This document shows, in pieces, positions 19,039-30,857 of a stretch of 55,716 nt of DNA (position 1 is the stretch's first letter; every line of letters starts with the position of its first letter). The DNA comes from Acidimicrobiales bacterium (GTDB taxonomy: Bacteria; Actinomycetota; Acidimicrobiia; Acidimicrobiales; Aldehydirespiratoraceae). The translations under genes were made by a program, and so were the position numbers. The stretch lies in contig JAJCXW010000013.1 of NCBI GenBank assembly GCA_029263235.1, positions 1-55,716 on the forward strand. The letters are read 5' to 3'. The notes below the pieces were generated by a model, which worked only from the letters and a program-made list of their open reading frames with translations, made no database searches and was not told the DNA's origin.

Positions 19039-19662
19039 ATGTACGTCACATCAAGGAATCTTCGGGCTTCATCGGGAAGCGCCATGCCCCAAGCGATCAA
19101 CTTGGTCAACTATGTGGTCACCCTCCTGAACGAGAACCATGGCGGCCAGTTCACATCTGCAACACAGGTCGGTGGCGACCCGTCGGCGATTGGCGTCCTC
19201 GGTCGCTACGAGACTTTGGGTGACTACGAACGAGTGATGGGCGGCGCGGCCGCCGACACCGAGCTACAGGGCGCGATCCAGCTGGGTGCCCACATCTTCA
19301 GCAACGAAACAGCCGACGCGATCTGGAACGTCAGGATCCCACCCGGTGAGCCAAGCACGTATTCGACCGTGAACGCCTCCCGAATTCTCATGTCGAAAGT
19401 AGGCGAGGCCATGGCCTACGCTGCAGAGGTAGCAGCAACCGTGTCGAGCATCACCGGCAATTCCGTGGGACTGGCTACAGCAGCCACCGGAGATCGATCA
19501 CGAATTGTCTGGATCGGATACAACTCCTCCATGGCCGACATGGACGGCCAGACAGCCGCTCTCGAAGCCGATGAGTCGTACATGGACCTGTTCAAGCGCA
19601 GCGAGGGACTTCTCGTTCCGAACAGCCTCCAAGGAACCATCTGGCGTTCCACAACCGCCTGA
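19039..19662 (+). CDS. Hypothetical protein, possibly a tandem NIPSNAP/dimeric alpha-beta barrel
   Basis: GGAAGG upstream of ATG 19039. Two similar halves (GGDPSAIGVLGRYETLGDYE..AADTEL and TGDRSRIVWIGYNSSMADMD..EADESY). Confidence 0.6.
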   Translation: MYVTSRNLRASSGSAMPQAINLVNYVVTLLNENHGGQFTSATQVGGDPSAIGVLGRYETLGDYERVMGGAAADTELQGAIQLGAHIFSNETADAIWNVRIPPGEPSTYSTVNASRILMSKVGEAMAYAAEVAATVSSITGNSVGLATAATGDRSRIVWIGYNSSMADMDGQTAALEADESYMDLFKRSEGLLVPNSLQGTIWRSTTA

Positions 19663-19701
19663 CAGGTCGAACGTTCACAGGTCCGGCTGGGGACGAGTCC
19701 C

Positions 19702-21537
<1,836 letters not shown>

Positions 21538-21645
21538 CGACGCAGGCTATCGACCGACGTGTCGGTCCCATCGGGTCGACCGATTCGGCCGGATCCCGGC
21601 ACCCCATGTCGCCCATTGCTCATGAACGTGTGCAACTCTGGGCCG

Positions 21646-22119
21646 ATGACCGATGCTCCCACTTCCTCAGAATCCGGCCTCGACGACGCCGACGACAGCC
21701 AGCCATCGGTCACCGATGCCGCCAAGCTGATTCGACTCGGCACGATGGTCCAGACGCTGATGGACGAGGTGCGCAGCGCCGACACCGACGAACAAAGCCG
21801 GATGATGTTGGCTCGGATACACAATGAGACCGTTGAGGAACTCTCGAAGGTCTTGTCGGCCGATCTGATGGACGAACTCTCGGAGTTCGCCGCCTGCTGC
21901 GACGACGACGGCATACCCACGGAGTCGGAGATTCGCGTGGCGCAGGCCCAGTTGGTCGGATGGATGCAAGGGCTGCTCCAGGGACTTCAGGCTTCGATGG
22001 CAGCGCAGCAGGCCGCCGCGACCAGTCAGCTCAACGAACTACAGACAGCGCGAGCCGCGCAGCAGGCGAAGCGCAGCGACTCCGGAGGCCTACCTCAGCA
22101 GACCGGCACCTATCTCTGA
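21646..22119 (+). CDS. bpa: Bacterial proteasome activator Bpa/PafE (DUF2587)
   Basis: AKLIRLGTM..L..EVR, PTESEIRVAQAQLVGW..GL..G, and C-terminal HbYX motif GTYL. Confidence 0.9.
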   Translation: MTDAPTSSESGLDDADDSQPSVTDAAKLIRLGTMVQTLMDEVRSADTDEQSRMMLARIHNETVEELSKVLSADLMDELSEFAACCDDDGIPTESEIRVAQAQLVGWMQGLLQGLQASMAAQQAAATSQLNELQTARAAQQAKRSDSGGLPQQTGTYL

Positions 22120-22128
22120 ATCCGGCCG

Positions 22129-22944
22129 CTACTTGGCCACGGTGGACAGCCCACCACCGACCGGGATCACTGTGCCGGTGACATACGCCGAGGCACGCGA
22201 AGCCAGATAGACCGCCACACCGGCGATGTCGTCGGATTGTCCGATTCGCCCCAGCGGCACATCGGCCGCTATCGCGGCACGGGTCCCCGGATCATCGAGG
22301 GCGAATCGCATCATGTTGGAATCGAATGGCCCGGGGGCGATCGCGTTCACCGTGATGTGCTCCGGCGCGAGCTGTTTCGCCAGATGCCGAGTGAGCATGT
22401 GAACGGCGGCCTTCGAGGACGAGTAGGAGAACGTGTCCATCTCGGGCGGAGTCAGACCGTTGACCGAACCCGTGTTGACAATTCTCGCCGGCGAGTCGGC
22501 TGAAGCCGCCGCCCGCAGCAACGGGAGCAGCTTCTGGGTGAGAAAGAACGGGGTCCGAACGTTGACGTTCATCACCTTGTCCCAGCCAGCGGCCGAGAAG
22601 TCATCGAGTGGCTCTCCCCACGAGGCACCGGCGTTGTTGAACAACAGGTCGAGAGAGTCCCATCTCTCGCCGACCGCCGACACCAGATGATCGACTCCCT
22701 CATCGGTCGACAGGTCGCAGGGAACCGCGATGCAAGTTCCCTTCTCCGACAGCTTGTCGGCAGCCGCCACGACCTGCTCGATCTTGCGAGCCGAGATGAT
22801 GACCTCACAGCCGGCGTCGAGCAGACCATCCGCGATCATGTAGCCGATACCCCGGCTCCCGCCGGTGACCACGGCGCGCTTGCCTTCCAAACCGAACAAC
22901 GACTGAATTCGACCTGCGTCCATGAGTATCCTCTCGCCGGCCAC
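22129..22944 (-). CDS. SDR family oxidoreductase
   Basis: TGGSRGIG, NNAG, YSSSK, NAIAPG. Confidence 0.9.
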   Translation of the reverse strand: MAGERILMDAGRIQSLFGLEGKRAVVTGGSRGIGYMIADGLLDAGCEVIISARKIEQVVAAADKLSEKGTCIAVPCDLSTDEGVDHLVSAVGERWDSLDLLFNNAGASWGEPLDDFSAAGWDKVMNVNVRTPFFLTQKLLPLLRAAASADSPARIVNTGSVNGLTPPEMDTFSYSSSKAAVHMLTRHLAKQLAPEHITVNAIAPGPFDSNMMRFALDDPGTRAAIAADVPLGRIGQSDDIAGVAVYLASRASAYVTGTVIPVGGGLSTVAK

Positions 22945-23163
22945 TCAAAGCCGGCTGTACGACCAACCGACATCATGCCCCGCCCAGCGACGACCGGCAC
23001 ATTGACAAGGTGAGCGACCCGACGTTTGTTGGTTTTGCGTCCTGCCGAGGGAATGCGGGAGCACTAGCCACACCCGAATACACAGAAAATCTGACAGACC
23101 CCTAGCCCGCAATAGGGGATACCCCGGATTGTCCGGACCCTCACAGATCGTGAAGATGGACAT

Positions 23164-24111
23164 ATGCAGATCTCTTCACTTCCGCGAAAGGCGATCGCCA
23201 TGAAGAGCTCTCTCTCGCCATTTGCCATGGGGGACCGGCGTGTCGCGGCACTGGTCGTCGTCGCTGGTGGCGTTGGGCTGGTGGTCGGTCGATTGCTGTT
23301 CGCAGTTTCCGTCGCTGACCGGACCTCTTACGGCGATCTTTGGTCCGTGTGGGCCGCGTTTGTGTTCCTTTCGCTCGGACTGAGTCTGATTCTGCTCGGG
23401 CTCGCTACCTGGCACTTCTTGCGGTTCGGGGTGGGGACGCTCGTCGCCATCGGACTGTTGGCCGTCGGGAATGTGCTGATCACGCTCAACGACCTCTTTG
23501 ACGGCGACTCGGTCTGGCCCCGCGGGTACTCGGGAAACAGACTGGTTGGGAGTTCGTTGATCATCGCGTCGTCGGTGGTGGTGCTCATCGGGGTGCTCTG
23601 GTCGGCGGAACAACACCTCACCGACGTGGCGGCCGCGGCGTGGTGGCGGAGACCATGGGTCATAGTGGTCGGCGGCGTTGTCGTGCTCTCGATCATTGGG
23701 CGCGTCAGCTTCATCTTCTTTGGGGATGAGGACCCCGTCGTGGCGATCGACATTGCGGGCGAGGGCGACGAACGCCCCGTGCAGGACGAGTGGAGCATCA
23801 CCTCCGACGGCGACATCGCCGGCAGCTACATCTTCTCGATGATCAAGACCTTCAGCCCGATGGAAGAAGCCGACATGGAAGACCTGGGTGGGCGTCTGAT
23901 CTGGCCGGAGACCGAGATCGATCTGTGCGACGTCAACATCTACTCGGCCGGCGATGGATTCGTGCAGATCGGCATCGTCTCGCCCACCATGGAGGGGTGC
24001 CCAGGCATGCTCCCGGCCTTCGAAGACCTCGGGTTGCCAGAAACCGCGTGCCTATTCATCCGGTCAGACGGCATCGACGACGAATACTGCGAGCCACTCA
24101 CCGTCGACTGA
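23164..24111 (+). CDS. Hypothetical membrane protein with an acidic Cys-containing C-terminal domain
   Basis: About 5 hydrophobic segments followed by an acidic domain with 4 Cys. Start uncertain (23164, 23200 or 23227). Confidence 0.55.
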   Translation: MQISSLPRKAIAMKSSLSPFAMGDRRVAALVVVAGGVGLVVGRLLFAVSVADRTSYGDLWSVWAAFVFLSLGLSLILLGLATWHFLRFGVGTLVAIGLLAVGNVLITLNDLFDGDSVWPRGYSGNRLVGSSLIIASSVVVLIGVLWSAEQHLTDVAAAAWWRRPWVIVVGGVVVLSIIGRVSFIFFGDEDPVVAIDIAGEGDERPVQDEWSITSDGDIAGSYIFSMIKTFSPMEEADMEDLGGRLIWPETEIDLCDVNIYSAGDGFVQIGIVSPTMEGCPGMLPAFEDLGLPETACLFIRSDGIDDEYCEPLTVD

Positions 24112-24215
24112 CCCGACGTCACAGACACAAGACTTCACCGGGTCTGGTGCGCGACGCGAACGATGCCGACGACCCGACGATGTACGGTCGTCGCCGAGCC
24201 GATGATCCTCGAACC

Positions 24216-25040
24216 ATGATTCCCCTCCGCGACGACAACCCCACCAGCCGATTCCCGATCGTCACGCTCGCTCTCATTCTGGCGAGCGTGGCCACATTCT
24301 TGTTCGTCCAGCCCTCGGCCAGCCGCAGCATCGACATGCCGGACGCGGCGCAGGTGGTCGAGGAGGTTCTCTTCACCTACGAGTACGCCGCGATTCCCTG
24401 CGAGATCGTCCAGGGTCGGCCTCTCACCATCGATGAGATCGGCGATACTCAATACCGTGGCGAGACGACGTCGTGTCGAGAATCTCCATCGGGTCGTACC
24501 CCATTTCCCGACAAGTCGATCTGGCTCTCGGTGGTGGTGTCGATGTTCCTGCACGGCGGCTGGATTCACCTGGCCGGGAACATGATCTTTCTGTGGGTGT
24601 TCGGCAACAACATCGAGGACCACCTGGGGTCGCTCGTCTACCTCGGCTTCTACGTTGCCGCCGGCACCGTGGCCACGATCGCCCATGTGATGATGCAGCT
24701 CGATTCGACCGTTCCCATGATCGGGGCCAGCGGCGCCATCGCAGGAGTGATGGGCGCCTACCTGATCTGGTTTCCCTGGGTCCGGGTGCGGACACTCTTC
24801 ATGATCGGCATCATCCCTCTGTGGCCGCGCGTACCGGCTGCCATGTTGCTCACGGTCTGGTTCATCGCGCAGTTCTTCACCGTGCCCGGAAGCGGAGTCG
24901 CCTGGGTCGCCCATGTGGGCGGGTTTGCGTTTGGTGCGGTGCTGGCCGCGGTCGCCCGCCGAGACGCGAGGTTTCGCAGACGACTTCAGCTACATCGGTC
25001 GCGGGTCAACGGGCTCAGAGCCGGCCGTGCCATTCGGTGA
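24216..25040 (+). CDS. Rhomboid family intramembrane serine protease
   Basis: MIPLRDDNP, MFLHGGWIHLAGNM, GASGA (catalytic Ser), AHVGG (catalytic His). Confidence 0.92.
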   Translation: MIPLRDDNPTSRFPIVTLALILASVATFLFVQPSASRSIDMPDAAQVVEEVLFTYEYAAIPCEIVQGRPLTIDEIGDTQYRGETTSCRESPSGRTPFPDKSIWLSVVVSMFLHGGWIHLAGNMIFLWVFGNNIEDHLGSLVYLGFYVAAGTVATIAHVMMQLDSTVPMIGASGAIAGVMGAYLIWFPWVRVRTLFMIGIIPLWPRVPAAMLLTVWFIAQFFTVPGSGVAWVAHVGGFAFGAVLAAVARRDARFRRRLQLHRSRVNGLRAGRAIR

Positions 25041-25875
25041 TGGCCGCGGCGATCTCCGGCCCGGAGTCCTCCTGGATGAAATGGATTCCCGGCACGGTCA
25101 CTTCGGACTGGTTGGGCCAGGTCCGGCAGAAGTCGCGTTGAGGACCGGTGAGGATGGTTCCGGGGTCGGCGTTGACGAACAGCTTGGGGATGTCGGACTG
25201 TGACATCCATTCGGCGTAGGCGCCGACGATCTCCACCACGTCGGCCGGCTCGCCGCTGAGGGGGATCTCCCGAGGCCAAGTGAGGGTGGGGCGACGGCCT
25301 TCCCCCGGATCACTGAAGGGGCGACGGTACTCCGCCATCTCCTCAGGTTCGAGAGTGCGTTGGATCGACGCCGGCAAGATGGCCTCGACGAACAGGTTCT
25401 TGTCGAGAATCAGCTCGTCGCCTGCCTCCGACCTCAGTGCCTCGAAGATCCCGCGCGCCGCTTCCGGCCAGGCGTCCCAGGTGACGGGCCGCACGATCGA
25501 CTCCATGTAGCAGATGCCCTTGATCTGGTCGGCGAACCGGTGGGCGCGATGGAAACCGAGGGCCGATCCCCAGTCGTGGATCACCAACGTGACGTTGACG
25601 GTGGCGCCCACTGCGTCGAACCAACCATCGAGATACTCGCGATGCTCGACGAACCGGTAGGAGCCCGGTCCGGAGTCGGGCAGCTTGTCGCTGTCGCCCA
25701 TGCCGATCAGATCGGGGGCGAGCAGGCGTCCGAGACCGGCGCAACCCTCCATGACGTGACGCCACAGGTAGGACGACGTGGGGTTGCCGTGCAGAAACAC
25801 GATCGGGTCGCCTTCACCCTGCTCGACGTAAGCCATTTGGCGGCCGTTGACCTCGACGAACTTCTTGTCAGCCAT
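25015..25875 (-). CDS. dhaA: Haloalkane dehalogenase (HLD-II, LinB/DhaA-like)
   Basis: FLHGNPTSSYLWR, PDLIGMGDSDK, IHDWGS (Asp nucleophile), WPREIP, GIHFIQED. Confidence 0.9.
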   Translation of the reverse strand: MADKKFVEVNGRQMAYVEQGEGDPIVFLHGNPTSSYLWRHVMEGCAGLGRLLAPDLIGMGDSDKLPDSGPGSYRFVEHREYLDGWFDAVGATVNVTLVIHDWGSALGFHRAHRFADQIKGICYMESIVRPVTWDAWPEAARGIFEALRSEAGDELILDKNLFVEAILPASIQRTLEPEEMAEYRRPFSDPGEGRRPTLTWPREIPLSGEPADVVEIVGAYAEWMSQSDIPKLFVNADPGTILTGPQRDFCRTWPNQSEVTVPGIHFIQEDSGPEIAAAITEWHGRL

Positions 25876-25952
25876 TCGACTCTCCCGATTCGGTGAGGGT
25901 TCAGACTTGCACAGCCCGAGCGCCTACGACACTCGACGGCGGTTCGGGAGGC

Positions 25953-27491
25953 TCAGGCCGGTGAGCCTTCGTGGATCCCGGCCATCATCAATCCCAGCGT
26001 CTCGCGGGTTGCATCCTCGATCTCGACGATGCCGATGATGCGGCCCTCGAACATGACCGCGATCCGGTCGGCGATCGCCAGCAATTCGTCGAGGTCCTCC
26101 GAGACGACCAGTGCCGCCGCGCCGGCGCCTCGCTGTTCGATGATCTGCGCGTGTATGTATTCGGCCGCTCCGATGTCGACGCCGCGGGTCGGTTGTGCCG
26201 CCAGCAGCACCGTGGGACCCGACGCCAACTCACGGGCGAGGATCAGCTTCTGAATGTTTCCACCCGAAAGGGAGGAGGTGGTGGTGTCGAGCCCCGGGGT
26301 CTTGACATTGAACCGGTCGACCAATTCCTGGCTGTGACTACGAATCATGCCGAATCGAAGTAGTCCTCTTCGTGAGAACTCCTCTGAACCATGATCGACG
26401 AGCACGAGGTTTTCGCTGACCGTGAAATCACCGATGGCACCGTCGCGCATTCGCTCCTCTGGGACATAGGCGAGTCCGGCATCGCGCGATAGACGGGCAC
26501 CCTGTCCCACCACTTCGACGCCGTTGACTTGAACCGATGAGCCGGCTCTCGCATCTCGTAGGCCCGCGATGACTTCGGCAAGCTCGCGTTGGCCGTTGCC
26601 CGACACTCCGGCGATTCCGACTATCTCCCCGGCTCTCACGTCGAGGTCGAGTCCGTCGACCGCAGTGGTGCCACGATCACTCTCGACGACGAGGTTCCGG
26701 ATCACCAGCCGGGAGTCTCCAGGCTCGATCTCAGGACGATCAGGAGCCAGCGAGACCTCGCGCCCGACCATCATCGTGGCCAACTGTTGACGATCGGATT
26801 CGGCCGGCGTGGTGTGTCCGGTGACCCGACCGTTGCGGAGAACCGTTATCTCGTCGGAGATGGCAACGACCTCCCTCAACTTGTGGGAGATGAAGATCAA
26901 TCCATGCCCGGAGCTCCTCATTTCGTTGAGAATGCCGAAGAACTCCTCGACCTCCTGAGGTGTGAGGACCGCAGTCGGCTCATCGAGAACGAGCAGTCGG
27001 GCGTCGCGGTAGAGGGCCTTGATGATCTCGACTCGTTGGCGCTCGCCCACGGCCAGCTTCCACACTTCGATCGAAGGATCGATGGCCAGACCGAACTTCT
27101 CGGAGATCTCCTCCACCCGGCGGCTCACAACCGGAAGGTCGGTGAGGGGCCACCGCGTCGAGCGGGTTCCCAACGCCACGTTCTCGGCCACCGTGAGGGT
27201 GGGAACCAGCATGAAATGCTGGTGGATCATTCCGATGCCGTGAGAGATGGCGAAGGAAGGAGACTCGACCTCGATGGCTTCGCCGTTGAGACGAATCTCG
27301 CCTTCATCGGGCTGATACAACCCGAAGAGGATCTTCATCAGGGTGCTCTTGCCAGCACCGTTCTCGCCCAGAAGGGTGTGAACCTCTCCCGAGCGAACAG
27401 TCAAATCAACCGCGTCGTTGGCCAGAACGCCCGGGAATCGTTTGGTGATTCCCCGCATTTCGAGCATCGGTATGTCGGTATCTGTGGCCAT
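25953..27491 (-). CDS. Nucleoside/sugar (CUT2) ABC transporter ATP-binding protein with two ABC domains
   Basis: [43 protein letters not shown]. Confidence 0.92.
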   Translation of the reverse strand: MATDTDIPMLEMRGITKRFPGVLANDAVDLTVRSGEVHTLLGENGAGKSTLMKILFGLYQPDEGEIRLNGEAIEVESPSFAISHGIGMIHQHFMLVPTLTVAENVALGTRSTRWPLTDLPVVSRRVEEISEKFGLAIDPSIEVWKLAVGERQRVEIIKALYRDARLLVLDEPTAVLTPQEVEEFFGILNEMRSSGHGLIFISHKLREVVAISDEITVLRNGRVTGHTTPAESDRQQLATMMVGREVSLAPDRPEIEPGDSRLVIRNLVVESDRGTTAVDGLDLDVRAGEIVGIAGVSGNGQRELAEVIAGLRDARAGSSVQVNGVEVVGQGARLSRDAGLAYVPEERMRDGAIGDFTVSENLVLVDHGSEEFSRRGLLRFGMIRSHSQELVDRFNVKTPGLDTTTSSLSGGNIQKLILARELASGPTVLLAAQPTRGVDIGAAEYIHAQIIEQRGAGAAALVVSEDLDELLAIADRIAVMFEGRIIGIVEIEDATRETLGLMMAGIHEGSPA

Positions 27492-27523
27492 TTCTACTCA
27501 GGTCCTGTGTTGATCAGTCGGCC

Positions 27524-27557
27524 TGGTGGGCGGCCGCAGGGAAGCGACCGCCCACCA
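27524..27557 (-). terminator. GC-rich stem-loop between the BMP and ATPase genes (partial terminator or mRNA stabiliser)
   Basis: On the - strand: TGGTGGGCGGTCGC-ttccct-GCGGCCGCCCACCA, a 14-bp stem with one G-U pair. Confidence 0.6.
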
Positions 27558-27568
27558 ACCCGGTCGGA

Positions 27569-28618
27569 TCAGCCGTTGGGGTCGATCGACCCGTCGATGA
27601 TTCCGGCGATGGCGGCATCACCCGCAGCCCTCGCGTCGGCAGAAAGATCGAACCCGTCGTTGAACTCGATCTCGAGGCCGCCGTTGGCGAGGTTGATCTC
27701 GAAGGCTTCGCCCCCGAGAACTCCTGCCTCACGCTGGTCGATCATCTCTTCGAGTATGACCTCCCAGTGGTAGACCTGTGACGCAACCACGAGACTCGGG
27801 TCGAGCGAGGTCTGGTTGGCCTGGGTGCCGAACCACGGCACACCCTCATCGGACGCAACACCAACCGCACCGACGACCATCTGCGCCGACCCGGTGAGCA
27901 CATCAGCACCGTTGATGATCAGTGCAGTGGCGGCTTCGGCGGCCAGTGCCACGTCGCCGAACGAACCCGTGTAGGTGATGCTCACGTCGGTGGCTCCGTT
28001 GGCCAGAGCGCCGTTGTTGAATCCCGTGATGTAGGTCACGGCATCGCCGGCCTCGATGGGACCAACCACACCGATGGAGCCACTGGCCGAAATCGCCGCG
28101 GCCACGACACCGTTGACGTAGCCACCTTCAGCGGCGTCCGGCGAATACGCGAACACGTTGGCTAGGCCCTGCGTGTCGGTGGACGTACCCCAGAGGAAGG
28201 TGACCTCGGGGAAATCGGGGGCGATCTCGGCCAGCGAGGCACCGAACTGCGTGCCGTGGGCGACGACGATCTCATTGCCGGCCTCCGCATACCCACGGAT
28301 GGCAGCTGCGGCATCTTCGATCACGAACGTTCCATCGGTGATCGATAGATCAACCGGATCGCTCAGCGCGTTGATGGCATCCACCATGCTCTGGGTGAAC
28401 GCCAGATCGTCGGACGCGCTGGGCGCGACCAACGCGATCTTGAGAGGGGTCTCAGCTGCCGCTGTGGTGGCAGGTGCAGTGGTGGCAGGTGCAGTGGTGC
28501 CCGTTGCCTCACCATCATCGGAATCGTCGCCGCAGGCTGAAGCGAGAAGCCCCAGCGCCATCACTGCAGCCACGAACCGAAGCAACTTGAACCTTCTACT
28601 TCTGTTCTTGTTTCTCAA
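27569..28618 (-). CDS. BMP family (PnrA-like) nucleoside-binding lipoprotein
   Basis: Lipobox LASAC, TTAPA repeats, DDLAFTQS, AHGTQF, YTGSFGD. AGGAGG upstream of the TTG start. Confidence 0.9.
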   Translation of the reverse strand: MRNKNRSRRFKLLRFVAAVMALGLLASACGDDSDDGEATGTTAPATTAPATTAAAETPLKIALVAPSASDDLAFTQSMVDAINALSDPVDLSITDGTFVIEDAAAAIRGYAEAGNEIVVAHGTQFGASLAEIAPDFPEVTFLWGTSTDTQGLANVFAYSPDAAEGGYVNGVVAAAISASGSIGVVGPIEAGDAVTYITGFNNGALANGATDVSITYTGSFGDVALAAEAATALIINGADVLTGSAQMVVGAVGVASDEGVPWFGTQANQTSLDPSLVVASQVYHWEVILEEMIDQREAGVLGGEAFEINLANGGLEIEFNDGFDLSADARAAGDAAIAGIIDGSIDPNG

Positions 28619-28654
28619 CTTACTCGCCTCCTGTATTGGGTTTTCTTGGTGCGA

Positions 28655-29584
28655 CTAGTGCCGCGAGAACGGTTGCGTGAGCGCGGCCGGCGGTTTGACC
28701 CGACGTGCCAATATCACGAGAGCGCCGATGGTTATCACAGCCGGAGCCATCGCCGATATGTCCGAAAGGCTTCTGGGGATGATCCCTAGAGCCTTCCAGG
28801 TGATCACGGTGGCTTCCACCAACCCGTAGAGCAGGGCTCCAGCCATCACTCCGGGGGCTCTCCATGCCCCGAAGTAGACCAGCGCTATCGCAATGAAGCC
28901 CCTACCTGCAGTGAGGTTCGGCTGGAAGATACCCAATTCGAGAACGAGCGCCGTACCGGCCACCCCAGCCAAGGTGTTTCCGATGACAATGGCCGAGAAA
29001 CGCATCCGAGCGACCGACACCCCGAGGCTGTCGGCGGATTCCGGATTCTCACCCACCGCCCGGATGTTGGTCCCGAACGTGGTGCGGCGCAGCAGGATCA
29101 TCACCAGTGGAACCATTACGAAGGCCGTGTAGGTCATCGCCGAGTGCTGGAAGAAAGCCACGCCCACATGGGGGATGTCGGACAACAGCGGGATGTCGAC
29201 CGATGGGAGCTTGCTCGTGAACTTCGGGGTCCCCACGTTCTCCTGGAACATCAGGTCGCTGAAGCCGAGACCGAACAGGAAGATCCCGATGCCGCTGATG
29301 CCCTGCTCAGCGTGGAAGACGACAGTGATCAGCCCATAGACGACCCCCATCAGCAACCCGACCAACATGCCGACCAGCACGGCCAGCCAGAGGCTCCCGG
29401 TGGACAAGGCCGTCCAGTAGGCGAAGAACGCGCTCAGGAGCATCACTCCCTCGACCCCGAGATTCAGGACCCCGCTCTTTTGGCCGATCATCTCCCCCAG
29501 GCCCGCGAAGAGGAACGGCGTCGACAATCGGATCCCAGCGGCGAGAGTCGAGAACAGGACCGTGGCGGTGAAGAAGTCGCTCAT
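28655..29584 (-). CDS. Nucleoside ABC transporter permease
   Basis: GEMIGQKSGVLNLGVEG, RAVGENP, GRGFIAIA. Confidence 0.9.
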   Translation of the reverse strand: MSDFFTATVLFSTLAAGIRLSTPFLFAGLGEMIGQKSGVLNLGVEGVMLLSAFFAYWTALSTGSLWLAVLVGMLVGLLMGVVYGLITVVFHAEQGISGIGIFLFGLGFSDLMFQENVGTPKFTSKLPSVDIPLLSDIPHVGVAFFQHSAMTYTAFVMVPLVMILLRRTTFGTNIRAVGENPESADSLGVSVARMRFSAIVIGNTLAGVAGTALVLELGIFQPNLTAGRGFIAIALVYFGAWRAPGVMAGALLYGLVEATVITWKALGIIPRSLSDISAMAPAVITIGALVILARRVKPPAALTQPFSRH

Positions 29585-30711
29585 GTGGCCGCGACCTCCT
29601 CGGCCGGCGGGCTGCTCGTCGACTCGTTGGCGGGATGGTCGAATTCGCGGCGGGCCTTGAGGATGGCACCGATTCGATCGCGGACCTTGCTGCTGCTGAC
29701 CACGAAGATCACCACGATGCCGTTGAGCGTCACTGCCAACGCTGCTGGAACCTGCAGTACCCGCTGGAGATGATTGGCACCGGTGATCAGACCACCGAAC
29801 AGGTAGGCCGAAGGAATGGTCCAGAGTGGATGGAGCCCACCGAACAGCGCGGCGACGATTCCGTTGAATCCGGCCGACCCGGTGAATCCAGCCGACGATC
29901 CGTCGGTGATCATTCGCTGTCCTTCACTTCCGAACACGAGAATCGCTCCGGCCAGTCCGGCCAGTGACCCGCTCAACGCCAGCGCCGAGACCACGCTTCG
30001 CTCGACCGGGATACCGGCCGCTCGTGCGGCATCCGGGCTGTGCCCCACCGCACGCAGACGGAACCCGAGCGGAGTTCGCCAGAGAAGGAAATAGGCGCCC
30101 ACCGCGGCAGCAACGGCCACAGGCACACCGAGATTGAAACGGGTGCCGCTGATCAAGGTGGGCAGCGCGGCGTTGTCGGACAGGCGCTCGGTCTGGGGGA
30201 TTCGCGTGCCGCGTTCGATCTCGAGCGGATCGATCAGAGGGCTCCGCAGCATGTAGTTCATGAATTGCACGGCCACGATGTTGAGCATGATCGTGCTGAG
30301 AATCTCGTTGACCGACGCGTAGGCCTTCAACACGCCCGGGACCGCTCCCCAGATCCCGCCACCGACCAGGCCGGCAAAGAGCACCAGTGGAATGAGAATG
30401 ATCGGGGGTAGTCCCGGGAGAGCCAGGGCAGTGACAGTTGAGAGCAAGGCCCCGGCGATGATCTGGCCCTCCCCGCCGATGTTGATGACACTCGCTCTGA
30501 ACGAGATGGATATCCCCGCTCCGACCAGCACCAGAGGTACCGCCCTGACGGCGGTGGCCGACAACCGATCAACGCTGCCGAACGCACCGGTGTACATGGC
30601 CCGGAAACCCTCGAACGGGTTGGCTCCGAGGGCAAGGAGAATGATCGCCGCACAGGCGAACGCAGCAAGCGCAGCCAACATGGGGATCACTGCGCTGACC
30701 AGACGATGCAA
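29581..30711 (-). CDS. Nucleoside ABC transporter permease
   Basis: NIGGEGQ, NEILSTIMLN, GFRLRAVG, GFNGIVAA. Confidence 0.9.
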   Translation of the reverse strand: MHRLVSAVIPMLAALAAFACAAIILLALGANPFEGFRAMYTGAFGSVDRLSATAVRAVPLVLVGAGISISFRASVINIGGEGQIIAGALLSTVTALALPGLPPIILIPLVLFAGLVGGGIWGAVPGVLKAYASVNEILSTIMLNIVAVQFMNYMLRSPLIDPLEIERGTRIPQTERLSDNAALPTLISGTRFNLGVPVAVAAAVGAYFLLWRTPLGFRLRAVGHSPDAARAAGIPVERSVVSALALSGSLAGLAGAILVFGSEGQRMITDGSSAGFTGSAGFNGIVAALFGGLHPLWTIPSAYLFGGLITGANHLQRVLQVPAALAVTLNGIVVIFVVSSSKVRDRIGAILKARREFDHPANESTSSPPAEEVAAT

Positions 30712-30857
30712 CTACACGACCCCCATCTCACATAGTTGGGCGACACCGGCCGCCCGCGACGGGGGGGACTATAGAACCGATTTCACTCGGCGGCTGAACC
30801 GGAGAGCCCGAGCGGCGCGAAGATCGCTTTCGATCGTGCCTGTTCCGACAATTCAAT

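Noticed and set aside
28462-28500. Short tandem repeats in the BMP gene and similar Thr/Ala/Pro tracts in other lipoproteins
   Set aside because: Ordinary flexible lipoprotein linkers (TTAPA).
30712-30857. Possible purine or other riboswitch upstream of the nucleoside ABC operon
   Set aside because: No recognisable aptamer consensus or terminator; only a -10-like TATAGT on the - strand.
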